A stretch of 64,000 bases of DNA from a virus (taxonomy: Duplodnaviria > Caudoviricetes), in the IMG/VR virus record IMGVR_UViG_3300013936_000023, positions 10,757-74,756 of that record. The stretch is one strand, 5' to 3'. Below the pieces are notes generated by a model. The model did not search any database, was not told the DNA's origin, and was given only the letters and a program-made list of their open reading frames with translations. Both the position numbers and the translations under genes were made by a program. Positions 47,097 to 57,353 of the stretch are shown here, in pieces (within the stretch, counting starts at the first letter, position 1; every line of letters begins with the position of its first letter).

Positions 47097-48144
47097 TATC
47101 CAATCCATCAAACAACAAATCAACGCCGACAACATCATTGACCTCATGGATTCGCTTGGAGCGGATTACAATTTTGCCTCAGCTCATCAAATCCACTTCA
47201 AGTCCATATGCCATGGCTCTGATAGCTATAAGCTATGGTGGTATGATGACGATGCTGGAGGCCATTTGCGTTGTCATAGAGATGGTGAGAGCTGGGACGT
47301 GATTGGTTTTGTTCAATTTATCAAACATCTGGACTTCCTACCAGCAGTTGAATATATTTGCCAGACGCTTGATATCCACGCCGCTGAGGTAGACACAAGA
47401 GATGATGTTGACCCGTGGCAAAAAGAATTGCGCCGTTGGTTGCCAAATGCCGAAGCCGAACCTGAGCCACTGACAACCTATGACCCAAGCGTGCTACGGC
47501 TGTTCAAGCCCATCCCCCATAAATCATGGCTTGATGACGGAATTAGCAAGGCGGCCATGCGCAAGTTCAGCATAGGCTGGTATGGGCGTAATGCCCAAAT
47601 CGCCATCCCTGTGCATGACCCTGATGGCAATCTTGTGGGCATCCATGCTCGTAATACACGCCGAGCCATTGTTGATGCTGGACGCAAATACGAGCCGCTG
47701 AGAACCTTGACGCAAGATTATCGTTTCCCAACTGGCCGCGTATGTTATGGGCTATATGAGAACCAAGCCGCCATCAAGGCAACCCATGAGGTCACGATAT
47801 TTGAAGCCCCTAAGTCAACGCTACAGATGGTGTCCATGCTTGGCGATGGCGCGGCTTGCGTTTCTTTATTTGGTTGGAATTGCAACAAGCTGCGTCGCGA
47901 TATGCTCCTCGACCTTGGCATCCAGCGGATCAACATAGCGCTTGACCGGCAGTACCATGAGACAAGAGGTGGTGAGTTCGGCGTATATGTTCGACAAGTC
48001 AAGAAGATTGCCAATCTCTTCAAGCCATATTGTCAAGTGGCGATAATCTGGGATAAGCAAGACCGCCTTGGATACAAGGACTCGCCCAGCGACAAAGGGT
48101 TTGAGGTTTGGAATAAATTATATCAAGAGAGGACGATTCTATGA
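47089..48144 (+). CDS. dnaG: DNA primase
   Basis: CH...CH zinc-binding N-terminus; IAIPVHD; TOPRIM IFEAPKS...IALD...KD. Confidence 0.75.
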   Translation: MIDIQSIKQQINADNIIDLMDSLGADYNFASAHQIHFKSICHGSDSYKLWWYDDDAGGHLRCHRDGESWDVIGFVQFIKHLDFLPAVEYICQTLDIHAAEVDTRDDVDPWQKELRRWLPNAEAEPEPLTTYDPSVLRLFKPIPHKSWLDDGISKAAMRKFSIGWYGRNAQIAIPVHDPDGNLVGIHARNTRRAIVDAGRKYEPLRTLTQDYRFPTGRVCYGLYENQAAIKATHEVTIFEAPKSTLQMVSMLGDGAACVSLFGWNCNKLRRDMLLDLGIQRINIALDRQYHETRGGEFGVYVRQVKKIANLFKPYCQVAIIWDKQDRLGYKDSPSDKGFEVWNKLYQERTIL

Positions 48145-48317
48145 GTTGCGAATATGAGCATCGGTTTGAGCGAATCACTGGTTGGCGTGACGCCAATACG
48201 CCCATCACGTCCAAGGCGTGTTTATGTTGGGCTGAGAAAGAACCGCCTGATTGCCCCTACTTTTTGGATGATAACCAGAAAGATTGCCCAAGATACAAAG
48301 AAAAAATTTCAGAATAG
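48141..48317 (+). CDS. small Cys-containing hypothetical protein (58 aa)
   Basis: ATG overlaps the primase stop; MSCEYEHRFERITGW... Confidence 0.4.
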   Translation: MSCEYEHRFERITGWRDANTPITSKACLCWAEKEPPDCPYFLDDNQKDCPRYKEKISE

Positions 48318-48321
48318 CCCC

Positions 48322-48373
48322 TTGACATCCTCCTTATGGTTTGGTATGATTGTGATATCAAATCATAAGGAGG
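48322..48373 (+). promoter_or_regulatory. sigmaA promoter with embedded 15-bp anti-SD arm
   Basis: TTGACA-N17-TATGAT; CCTCCTTATGGTTTG pairs with CAAATCATAAGGAGG, followed by a T-rich tract. Confidence 0.75.
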
Positions 48374-48381
48374 TTTTGTTT

Positions 48382-48645
48382 ATGAGCTACAACGAGTGGC
48401 TGACTGAGGTTTGTAAGCACACCGAAGACTTGATGGATTGCACTACGCAAATTTATGGATATGGCGTTCGTCTTAAATTCAAGCCGTTTGGCACAATACT
48501 TTGGTCGATGATGTTCGAGGAAGGCTGGCTTGGCGAGGAATATAATCTCTACACCAATCCCAAAGCTACGGCATACAACATGGCCATCCTCGTTCGCCGT
48601 GAATGGTGGAAGGTCATCTCCAGAAAGGACGAACACAATGATTGA
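48382..48645 (+). CDS. hypothetical protein
   Basis: Start at ATG 48382 after AAGGAGG. Confidence 0.65.
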   Translation: MSYNEWLTEVCKHTEDLMDCTTQIYGYGVRLKFKPFGTILWSMMFEEGWLGEEYNLYTNPKATAYNMAILVRREWWKVISRKDEHND

Positions 48646-50260
48646 CCACCGTTCTTTTGGCATCACCTATAAAGCAAATCAGACCAAGCTTCACAAGCTC
48701 TACAAAGAGGATGTTAAGTGGTTCAAAGAAGCCATTCACGCCAACCCGTATCGTGTTCTCATTGATCAAGCTGGCATGAGTTGGGCTAAGGCTGATGAGC
48801 TTGCTACAAGCCGCTATTGCAAGCTGGACGATTATAACCGATGCACATACGCCGTCTATGAGGCGCTGAAAGCCAATGAACAGCATGGCAATACGCGCAT
48901 GGTCGATTCAGAACTTGCCCGTGATGTTCATAAACTTGCGCCAGAGGTTATCCCCAGCATTGTCAAAGTTGTTAGCGATGACCTGCGCATCTGGTACGAC
49001 CCGTCTCGTCATCTGGTGGCTCTGAGTGGTACGCATAGAGCCGAGCAAAACATCGCAGAGCATATCAAGCGGCGGCTCAAAGCAAAGCGTGACGATGTTG
49101 TTAATCGAGCCAACCATGAGGGGCTTACAGACGAGCAGTTCAGCGCTGTAGAGCTTGCCATCAACCGTGACGTGTCGATGCTCAATGGCTATGCTGGCTC
49201 AGGTAAGAGCTTCACGACCAAGGCCATTATCGCCGAGCTTGAAGACCGCGGGCTTAACTACCAGCTCCTCGCCCCTACTGGTATCGCCGCCAAGGTGCTG
49301 CGTGGCTATACTGGCCGTCAAGCCATGACTATCCATATGTTCTTGACTGACCCATGGAAGCCCGACTATATTATCATCGACGAGGCAAGCATGGTATCGG
49401 TTCATCTGCTGTCGGCATTGCTTGATGCTGTTGGCAATAAGCCGCGCCTTGTATTCGTTGCCGATAATGCCCAACTTGCATCTATCCAATGTGGCTCGGT
49501 GGTTCAGGATATCATCGACGGCGGCGTTGTTCCGCGTACACAACTTACCAAGATTTTCCGTTATAATTCGAGCGGCATTGTCACCATAGCAACTGATATG
49601 CGGCAAGGCAGTTGCGAGCATTTGACGGATGATTTTCCTGATTATTTATTTGAGCAGGAGAACAATTCTGAACCTATCCAACAGGTAGTTCGGCATTATG
49701 AGGCGTTGCTTGCTCAAGGCTATACGCCTGACGACATCATGGTGTTATGCCCGTTCAATCGGCACGTTGGAGCAGACGCTATCAATGTAGCCATCAGCGA
49801 TATGGTTAATCCCAACGAGCCAGTACGCAAGAACAGCACTATCAAGATTGGCGACAAGGTTATCAACATCAAGAACGATTACTCGGCTGGCGTCGACAAC
49901 TTCATTGCCAATGGCGATATTGGCTATCTGCGCAAATATCAACCCGTGCGCGGAGACGAGGATATCGTGCTGGTGGATTTTGACAATGGTGAACACAATG
50001 TTGGTAGCCTCATGCGGCTCAAGCAAGCATATGCTCTCAGCGTGCATAAGAGTCAAGGCAGTTCGGCCAAGGTGGTCATCGCACTGATTGACCCAAGCCA
50101 CGGGTTCTTCCTTAGCCGTAATCTTATGTACGTGGCGGTTACTCGTGCGCGTGAGAAGCTAATCGTGATTGGCGATGAGGGGACCATCGCCGATGGCATC
50201 AAGACGGTTGAGCAGTTGAAACGAAATACGGGATTAAAAGAAATGTTGGCGGCCACTTGA
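48638..50260 (+). CDS. RecD2/Dda-like SF1 helicase
   Basis: GYAGSGKS, IIDEASM, DNAQLASI, YALSVHKSQGS, MYVAVTRA. Confidence 0.85.
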   Translation: MIDHRSFGITYKANQTKLHKLYKEDVKWFKEAIHANPYRVLIDQAGMSWAKADELATSRYCKLDDYNRCTYAVYEALKANEQHGNTRMVDSELARDVHKLAPEVIPSIVKVVSDDLRIWYDPSRHLVALSGTHRAEQNIAEHIKRRLKAKRDDVVNRANHEGLTDEQFSAVELAINRDVSMLNGYAGSGKSFTTKAIIAELEDRGLNYQLLAPTGIAAKVLRGYTGRQAMTIHMFLTDPWKPDYIIIDEASMVSVHLLSALLDAVGNKPRLVFVADNAQLASIQCGSVVQDIIDGGVVPRTQLTKIFRYNSSGIVTIATDMRQGSCEHLTDDFPDYLFEQENNSEPIQQVVRHYEALLAQGYTPDDIMVLCPFNRHVGADAINVAISDMVNPNEPVRKNSTIKIGDKVINIKNDYSAGVDNFIANGDIGYLRKYQPVRGDEDIVLVDFDNGEHNVGSLMRLKQAYALSVHKSQGSSAKVVIALIDPSHGFFLSRNLMYVAVTRAREKLIVIGDEGTIADGIKTVEQLKRNTGLKEMLAAT

Positions 50261-50285
50261 CAACGACACATCTATTTGATATAAT
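50257..50285 (+). promoter_or_regulatory. sigmaA promoter
   Basis: TTGACA-N17-TATAAT. Confidence 0.7.
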
Positions 50286-50319
50286 CTAATGTGTCAAAGG
50301 GCAGAAAGGAGGAAACACC

Positions 50320-50526
50320 ATGACAGTAGCCGAGCTTATCTGGAAGCTCTTGTACTATCCATATGATATGGAAGTTAAGGTCTGCGTAAGGCCAAGAGTT
50401 GAACCAGCGGCAAGTGTAGGCCCAAGCGTCGATATTGACACCAACAAAACATCAATAGTTATCTACGGCGATAAGCCATATGATATGTTCAAGGAGGTAT
50501 CAGCAGTTGCAAGTTACAAAGCGTGA
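50320..50526 (+). CDS. hypothetical protein
   Basis: MTVAELIWKLLYYPYDMEV; SD AAGGAGG. Confidence 0.6.
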   Translation: MTVAELIWKLLYYPYDMEVKVCVRPRVEPAASVGPSVDIDTNKTSIVIYGDKPYDMFKEVSAVASYKA

Positions 50527-53500
50527 TGGCCGAAAGGTCGAATTTGATTCAGACAAGATTGTCAAGGCAATCACCAAGGCGTTCGTCGAGGTTTATCCTG
50601 ACGGCGTGACTGGTGAGATGCAGGAATGCGCGCATCGCATTGCCAATGAAATTGCCGCTAAGGACGGCATGACGGTTGAGGAGATTCAGGACGCCGTTGT
50701 TCGCAAGCTCATGGCAAGCAAATGGAAAGACGTAGCCAAGACCTACGTTGAGTACCGCTATCTACATCAGATGGCGCGTAGCCAGTATGCCCAGCTCATG
50801 GACGCCATTGCCGAAAAGCTGGAGGCGCGAGATGTCAAGAACCAAAATGCAAATGTTGATGAGCACAGCTTTTGCGGGCGCGTGGGTGAGGCCAGCAGTG
50901 TTGTTAACAAAAAGTATGCGCTGGAATATCTGGTCTCGCCGATGGCTAAAGCGAACCATATCAACAATGAAATTTACATCCATGACCTTGACAGCTATGC
51001 AGTTGGTATGCACAATTGCTTCCAGCGTGATACAAAGTTCCTCACAACTGAAGGCATTAAGAAATTTTCAGATTTCAGGGATGGCGATAAAGTTAAAGTT
51101 CTCACGAAGGATGGCAACTGGAATGAAGCAACCGTCCATTGTTATGGTCGACAGTCTATGTATCGTGTAACTCTGCGTAGAGGCAATCTCGTTAAGAGTT
51201 TTAATTGTACAAGAAATCATCGCTGGGTTTTGTGCGATGGTTCGGTTACGGATAATCTTCAGGTTGGAGATAGGCTGGTACCACTTGATATTGGCTCGGC
51301 GCTCAACTATGTTGAAGAACGTGAGGCAGACGAGTTTCTTGGCATGACAAAAAGAGAAGCTGATATGTTCTGCTTTGGCTTTGTTATCGGCGATGGTTGC
51401 GATCATGGCAACAACATTCAGGCAAGAATCTGTGGAGACAAGGCAAAGTACCTTAAGCCGTTTGAGATTGCTCAGTATCGTAAGTCCTACATCAAAGATT
51501 CCAGCGATATTCTGTGCTTTAAGCAAGCGGAGTTTCATAAGCAAGAATTCCTTGACCATGAGATGTGGCGTCTTTTGTCTTTCGCCGACAAGGTGGAAGT
51601 ATTTGCTGGTTACATGGCGGCAGACGGTAGCAAGACCACCTCAACCAAACTTGTGTGGACTTCTGATGTTCGTGTGCTCAACATGATTAAAGACCTGTCG
51701 GCTTTGTGTGGATATCACATTCACCACATTCGCGAAATCAAGAACAGCACAAACTATGCCGCAGACAGAATCTTGTATGAGGTTACGTTTACAACGTCTT
51801 ATAGCGCAAACAGCACTTGGACGGTTACGAATATCGTTAAACAGTCAAACTCCGACTATGAGGCATGGTGTGTGGAAGAACCCAGTACCCATACGTTCAC
51901 GCTTGATGGAGGAATTGTGACCGGCAACTGTTTGAGTATTCCGTTTGATGACCTGTTAGCCAACGGCTTCAATACTCGTCAGACGGATGTGCGCCCTGCT
52001 CAGAGCATCAACACGGCATTCCAGCTTGTGGCGGTCATTTTCCAGCTCCAGAGCCTCCAGCAATTTGGTGGTGTTAGCGCAACACATCTTGACTGGACGA
52101 TGGTTCCTTATGTGCGCAAGTCGTTCGCCAAACATTGGAACGATGGATGTAAGTATGTCGAGAATAGTATGGTAAAAGGCATCCCGCCTATCAACGGGAG
52201 CATCGACGACAAGTTCTTCACAAGTATGCCGAGAGCATATCAATACGCCATGGATATGACGGAGCGTGAATGTTATCGGGCCGTCGAAGGTATGTATCAT
52301 AACCTCAATACTCTCCAGAGCCGTTCTGGCAATCAGCTGCCGTTCAGTTCCATCAACTATGGTACGTGCACATTGCCCGAAGGCCGCATGGTCATTAAAG
52401 CTTTACTGGACGTTTCTATTAAGGGCATGGGGAAACTCCACAAGACCAGCATCTTCCCCTGCGGTATTTTCCAGTGTATGGATGGCGTGAATCGCCATGA
52501 AGGCGAACCTAACTACGACCTGTTCAGGCTGGCACTCAAGTCTACAAGTCTGCGGCTGTACCCAAACTACGCCAACGTAGATTGGTCTGGTAATGCTGGC
52601 TACGACCGCAATGACCCTCGGACGTATTTTAGCACGATGGGTTGCCGTACTGCTAATGGCTGGGACATCAACGGCTTTGGGCAGCTTAAGGATGGGCGCG
52701 GCAACATCTGCCCTGTGACCATCATCATGCCGACTCTGGCCATGGAGGCCGAGGAGAGGGTTGACACCTTTACTGAGGACAACCAGCCAGATGTGGTTGA
52801 GATATTCATGCAACTGCTCGACCAGAAAATCCATGAAGCTAAAGATATGCTCATTGAGCGCTTCAATTGGATTTGCTCACAGAGTCCAGACAGCGCCAAG
52901 TTCATGTATGAAAACCACACCATGGCTGGCTATATTCCTGAAGAGGGCATCCGCTCGGCGCTCAAGCATGGTACGCTTGCCATTGGTCAGCTTGGCCTTG
53001 CTGAGACATTGCAAATCTTGATTGGCTGCGACCATACCACGTCTAAAGGCATGGAGCTAGCCAAGCGTATCGAGCAGTTGTTCAAAGACCGCTGTGCTGA
53101 GTTCAAGGATCAGGAGCATCTAAATTTTGGCGTATACTATACGCCCGCAGAAAACCTTTGTTACACGGCCATGCAGAAGTTCAAGGCGCGTTACGGCGAA
53201 ATTTCTAATGTCTCTGACAAGGATTTCTTCACCAATAGCATCCACATCCCTGTTTGGCGCAAGGTCAACCCCATTGAGAAAATCGACATTGAAAGCCAGC
53301 TCACAGGCTATAGCTCTGCTGGTTGCATCACGTATGTTGAGCTTGAATCGAGCGTCAAGCATAATATTGACGGCCTTGAGGCTCTGGTCAACTACGCTAT
53401 GGACAAGGACATCCCGTATTTTGCCATCAACGTGCCGAATGACCTCTGTATGGATTGTGGCTATACTGAGGAGATTGGCGATGTTTGCCCCATGTGCGGA

Positions 53501-54373
53501 AGTAAGCATATCCAGCGGCTCAGAAGAGTCACGGGGTTAACGAACCAGTTGTAAGCCCCTAAATTGTCGTAAATTTGCAACTTCGCGTTGCAAGGTTCCT
53601 TTAATTGGACTCTAACAGGGTCAGAAATCAAATAATTATTAAAGGGGTATCAAGAGATGAATAATTCAAACCTTGAGTTTAGAAAAATTAAATCATTGAA
53701 ATTCTTATACGAAGTCAACGAGAATGGGACAATCTTCCGCAATGTCAAGTCAAAGAAGCAGCTCAAAATCAAGCTGGATTACCATCACTCTGAAGCTGGC
53801 CACTACGTCACATTTGTTCATCTTGGTGGCAGAAGCAAAGACAGCAAAATTGTCAGGTGTATGATTCATCGCATCGTGGCGGAATGTTGGCTTGGAGATT
53901 GCCCCGAGGGCATGCAAGTCGACCACATTGACCGCAATTCACACAATAACGACTGGCGCAATTTGAGATATGTAACCATCAGCGAGCAAATGAAAAACCG
54001 AGACCATTCAAATATCTCGGCGACTGGTTCAGAGAATCTTGCTAAAGCAAGAGCCGAAAGAGCTGTTGGCGTCGTGGCAATCGGGAACAATGAGCGTCAT
54101 GAGTTCAAGTCTAAAGCAGATTGCGCAAGATGGCTTGGCGAGCTATATGGTATTGACCCCGAAAAGATTCGCTGGAGACTTAAACTGTATCGTAAACACG
54201 TATATGATTTTGATTTAATTTATCTGAATGCAGAGACTGGACACGGCAGCTCTACGGAGCAAGGAACAGTCCGCGAAAGCGATTTAACTGGCAACTACAC
54301 AACAGCGTTCAACAAGGGCAAACAGCAGGAGGTTGAGATGCGCATCAAACATGACGAGGTGATGACCGAATGA
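50507..54373 (+). CDS. nrdD: anaerobic ribonucleoside-triphosphate reductase (join 50507-53537, 54282-54373; contains an intein)
   Basis: ATP-cone (VTKRDG), IHDLD, MGCRT, TPAEN, zinc site CxxC..CxxC; spliced RRVTG|YLTG glycyl-radical motif. Confidence 0.9.
51017..51928 (+). mobile_element. intein with LAGLIDADG endonuclease (304 aa) in NrdD
   Basis: N|CFQRDTKF...TRNHRW...GFVIGDG...GYMAADG...HTFTLDGGIVTGN|C. Confidence 0.9.
53538..54281 (+). mobile_element. group I intron in nrdD
   Basis: P1 GGGGU/GCCCC with U-G at the 5' splice site; R GCAGAGACTGGA (54230-41), S AAGGAACAGTCC (54261-72); terminal G; splicing restores G-Y-L-T-G. Confidence 0.9.
53657..54373 (+). CDS. intron-encoded HNH endonuclease, in frame with nrdD exon 2
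   Basis: YEVNENG, IHRIVAECW, VDHIDRNSHNNDWRNLRY; ends with the NrdD tail LTGNYTTAFNKGKQQEV. Confidence 0.85.
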   Translation: MNNSNLEFRKIKSLKFLYEVNENGTIFRNVKSKKQLKIKLDYHHSEAGHYVTFVHLGGRSKDSKIVRCMIHRIVAECWLGDCPEGMQVDHIDRNSHNNDWRNLRYVTISEQMKNRDHSNISATGSENLAKARAERAVGVVAIGNNERHEFKSKADCARWLGELYGIDPEKIRWRLKLYRKHVYDFDLIYLNAETGHGSSTEQGTVRESDLTGNYTTAFNKGKQQEVEMRIKHDEVMTE

Positions 54374-54909
54374 ACTATGCGGGAATCATCAAAGTAGACC
54401 TTGCTAATGGCATCGGTATCCGCACGTCGCTATTTGTCTCTGGTTGCAAATTCCATTGCCTTGAGTGTTTCAATAAGCCACAGCAGAATTATAATACTGG
54501 CAAGGTCTATATAGAAGCCACGTTTAGAACAATCATCTCTGAGATTGCTAAGCCATATAATAGCGGCTTGAGCATTCTCGGCGGAGACCCCATGTGGCAG
54601 AATATAAATGGTATGGCAAACCTTGAAAGCCTTTGCAATGCTGTTCACAGACTCGGCAAAACTGTATGGCTCTGGACAGGATTCACATGGGAAGAGTTGA
54701 CCCAGCTTGGCCCAAGAGCAGACGCCACGCGGCTCGTGCGCTATGACCTGTTGACCCATGTTGACGTGCTGGTGGATGGCCGCTATGAGGCTAAGCTCAA
54801 AGACCCCACACTGTCATGGCGTGGCTCAAGCAACCAGCGCGTGATTGATGTTAAGGCGTCGTTGCATAACGATAAAATTATCTTATACAAGGAGGCAAGC
54901 AATGTATAG
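54370..54909 (+). CDS. nrdG: anaerobic RNR activating enzyme (radical SAM)
   Basis: SLFVSGCKFHCLECFN, LGGDP, VDGRY, RGSSNQR. Confidence 0.9.
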   Translation: MNYAGIIKVDLANGIGIRTSLFVSGCKFHCLECFNKPQQNYNTGKVYIEATFRTIISEIAKPYNSGLSILGGDPMWQNINGMANLESLCNAVHRLGKTVWLWTGFTWEELTQLGPRADATRLVRYDLLTHVDVLVDGRYEAKLKDPTLSWRGSSNQRVIDVKASLHNDKIILYKEASNV

Positions 54910-55123
54910 ATTCTTTAGTGGGCGGATTGAGAATGGCAAGCTCATTGCGCAAGTCAAGGCAACTGACCCTGAGTTCCCCTATACTGAGCCACAGATTGGC
55001 GACTGTGTCGATTTACCGTTTGATGTGGATTTTATGGAGCGCGAGCTTTGGGTCATCAAGAACCGCGTAATTTACAATGACACGATTGAATTCATGTGTG
55101 AACGATATATCTGGGAGGATTGA
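54902..55123 (+). CDS. hypothetical protein
   Basis: Start at ATG 54902 after AAGGAGG. Confidence 0.6.
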   Translation: MYRFFSGRIENGKLIAQVKATDPEFPYTEPQIGDCVDLPFDVDFMERELWVIKNRVIYNDTIEFMCERYIWED

Positions 55124-55126
55124 GCT

Positions 55127-55747
55127 ATGCCGAGCATTACCAATGTAGAAGTCTACGGCGTTGAACGCGCCATCAGAACGGCAAAATATCCCAAGGCGGT
55201 TGAGCTTGACAGTTTGACCGCCGACCTTACCAAAGGTATTCAGGCGTGCTTATCTTGTGATACGGGAGAGGGCCATGACAATGCGCTCAAAGGATCAATC
55301 GTCCAGTTTGACCTTACCATGAGCCAGAATGCATGGATGCAAGCCGGGCGTTACCATTGGTTCGATATTGTATCAAGCCAAAGCAAAATGCACAAGGTGG
55401 CGGCGTTTGACCTCAAGCAGCAATGCAATCGCTATGTTGATAGCCGCATCATTGACGTATGCAATGAGAAGATTGCCGAGTATAAGCGGCTTGTTGAGCT
55501 TAACAAGAAATCATTTGACCCAAGGCGCAACAAGCTCATTGACGAGGCATATCTTGCCGTGCTTTACAATATCCCTTGCGGCTTTGAGCTTACGGCTGGC
55601 ATGACTACGAACTATCAGCAGCTCAAGACCATCTATCAGCAACGCCGCCATCATCGTCTACCTGAGTGGAAGATGATTTGCGATTGGATTGAAACGCTCC
55701 CAAGATTCATGGAGCTTACACAGAGAGGAGAACCCAATGGAAATTAA
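55127..55747 (+). CDS. ThyX-like (flavin-dependent thymidylate synthase-related) protein
   Basis: GHDNALKG, VQFDL, RYHWFDIVSSQSKMH, TNYQQLKTIYQQRRHHRLPEW; located between nrdG and dut. Confidence 0.55.
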   Translation: MPSITNVEVYGVERAIRTAKYPKAVELDSLTADLTKGIQACLSCDTGEGHDNALKGSIVQFDLTMSQNAWMQAGRYHWFDIVSSQSKMHKVAAFDLKQQCNRYVDSRIIDVCNEKIAEYKRLVELNKKSFDPRRNKLIDEAYLAVLYNIPCGFELTAGMTTNYQQLKTIYQQRRHHRLPEWKMICDWIETLPRFMELTQRGEPNGN

Positions 55748-56219
55748 AATCAAGCGCCTGACACCTACAGCGCAAATGCCTACCAAAGCCCACAGCTCGG
55801 ATGCCTGTTTCGACCTTTACCTTGACGCGCCTGACGCCATCTACCATGAATGGAATGGCGGCGTCGAAGTCAAGACAGCAAGAGGCATCAAGATTCGCCC
55901 TAATGAAACGGTGATGCTCCATACGGGTATTGCCATGGAAACGCCGATTGGCTACTATTCCGCCATTTATGCCCGTAGTGGCCTTGCTTGTAAGCAGGGG
56001 CTTAGACCGGCTAATTGCGTTGGCATTGTGGACGCTCCGTTTAGGGGCGAGGTCGTTGTTGCCCTTCACAACGATAGCGCTGAAACCCGCATCGTGCATC
56101 ATGGAGACAGAATCGCGCAGATGGCAATCTTGCCCGTGCTTGACGTGAAGCTCGTTGAATCAGATAATTTGTCTGAAACTGAGCGTGGTTCTGGCGGTTT
56201 TGGCTCGAGTGGAAATTGA
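55737..56219 (+). CDS. dut: trimeric dUTPase
   Basis: ARSGLA, VGIVDAPFRGEV, GDRIAQ, ERGSGGFGSSG. Confidence 0.9.
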   Translation: MEIKIKRLTPTAQMPTKAHSSDACFDLYLDAPDAIYHEWNGGVEVKTARGIKIRPNETVMLHTGIAMETPIGYYSAIYARSGLACKQGLRPANCVGIVDAPFRGEVVVALHNDSAETRIVHHGDRIAQMAILPVLDVKLVESDNLSETERGSGGFGSSGN

Positions 56220-56274
56220 TACGCCCATCAACTTTGCGTTGATTCTGGCTATCAAAACATAGATAAATAATCAA

Positions 56275-56330
56275 GAAAAAAATAGGGAACAGGCCGATGC
56301 TTAATACATCTAACCTGTTCCCTAAAATTT
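56275..56330. terminator. bidirectional terminator between convergent operons
   Basis: TAGGGAACAGG/CCTGTTCCCTA stem with an A-run on the left and AAAATTTT on the right. Confidence 0.7.
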
Positions 56331-56860
56331 TACGTCTGAGGCGTTTCCTCAAGCTCAACAGTGAGCGTCTGGTCTTTATCGTTCGTGATAGTAAGGTGCT
56401 TGCCAGTATAGCCCCCATATTCCACATTGACGCCATACTGGTCGCCAATGCCAGACAGCAGGAACGACTTGCCGCCTTCCTCAATGGGCGCGACCTCTTC
56501 ACTGTCAGCATCCACAACCTTGACACCGGCAGCTTCAGGGTCAGTAATGACCGTCAGGATAAAGCCATCCTGCAAATTAACAATGCCATCCTTAACCTTG
56601 AAGAAACGACCATCAAGGCCAACGCCGCAATTGCCACGCGCATAGACAGGCTCACCAACCTCTTCTCCTTCAGAGTTGTGAAGCGTGATGACCTTGCTGT
56701 TGCCGACCTTAGCAACCTTGAACAGCGCACCATCCCAAAGCTGGCCGCAAGTCGATACCGCGTTTGCCACATCCACAGACGTAGCTCCAGCGTCGCAGAT
56801 GATATTCTTGATAAGTTTGAGGCCATCACCGAGATTCAGACCTCCACAATATCTTGCCAT
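56330..56860 (-). CDS. tail-associated hypothetical protein
   Basis: 176 aa, beta-rich, end of the tail operon. Confidence 0.55.
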   Translation of the reverse strand: MARYCGGLNLGDGLKLIKNIICDAGATSVDVANAVSTCGQLWDGALFKVAKVGNSKVITLHNSEGEEVGEPVYARGNCGVGLDGRFFKVKDGIVNLQDGFILTVITDPEAAGVKVVDADSEEVAPIEEGGKSFLLSGIGDQYGVNVEYGGYTGKHLTITNDKDQTLTVELEETPQT

Positions 56861-56889
56861 ATATAATCAATCCTTTCCGTAAATTTTCA

Positions 56890-57312
56890 TTAAGCCTTAT
56901 CAACCCATGCCAGAGCGCCATCAACAACGCCCAGCACCTTGCCATTGGCCGATGCCGTAATAGTGGGCAAGAGGCCATAGACCTTACTGTCGACATAGAC
57001 CTTGGTTGCCGCATCTTGGCTCGCCGTAGGATTAGCAAGTCCAGTGATGCGATGATTGTTCATGTCAGCTTCAGATTCAATCGCCACAGCCGTATCCGTT
57101 TCGCCACTGATGCTATGAACGCCAAAGATGGCATGACCGCCAAGCTGTAGGTCGCCAGTCATAGGCACAGAGCCATCAGCCTTGAAATCGCCAGAGCCGC
57201 CATCCAGCACATTAAGCACTGGACGGCCAAGCTCATCGGTCGTATAGCTAAACTGCGCGGCATTCAGCAGATAGCCGCCATCTGCCGCGCGAATCGTTTT
57301 GGAATTTGCCAT
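56890..57312 (-). CDS. tail-fibre-like protein
   Basis: DGSVPMTGDLQLGG, RITGLANPTASQDAATKVYVD, NGKVLGVVDGALAW fibre motifs. Confidence 0.65.
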   Translation of the reverse strand: MANSKTIRAADGGYLLNAAQFSYTTDELGRPVLNVLDGGSGDFKADGSVPMTGDLQLGGHAIFGVHSISGETDTAVAIESEADMNNHRITGLANPTASQDAATKVYVDSKVYGLLPTITASANGKVLGVVDGALAWVDKA

Positions 57313-57353
57313 AGAGCATCATCCTTTCGTGAAATAAAATTTTGAAACAATGG

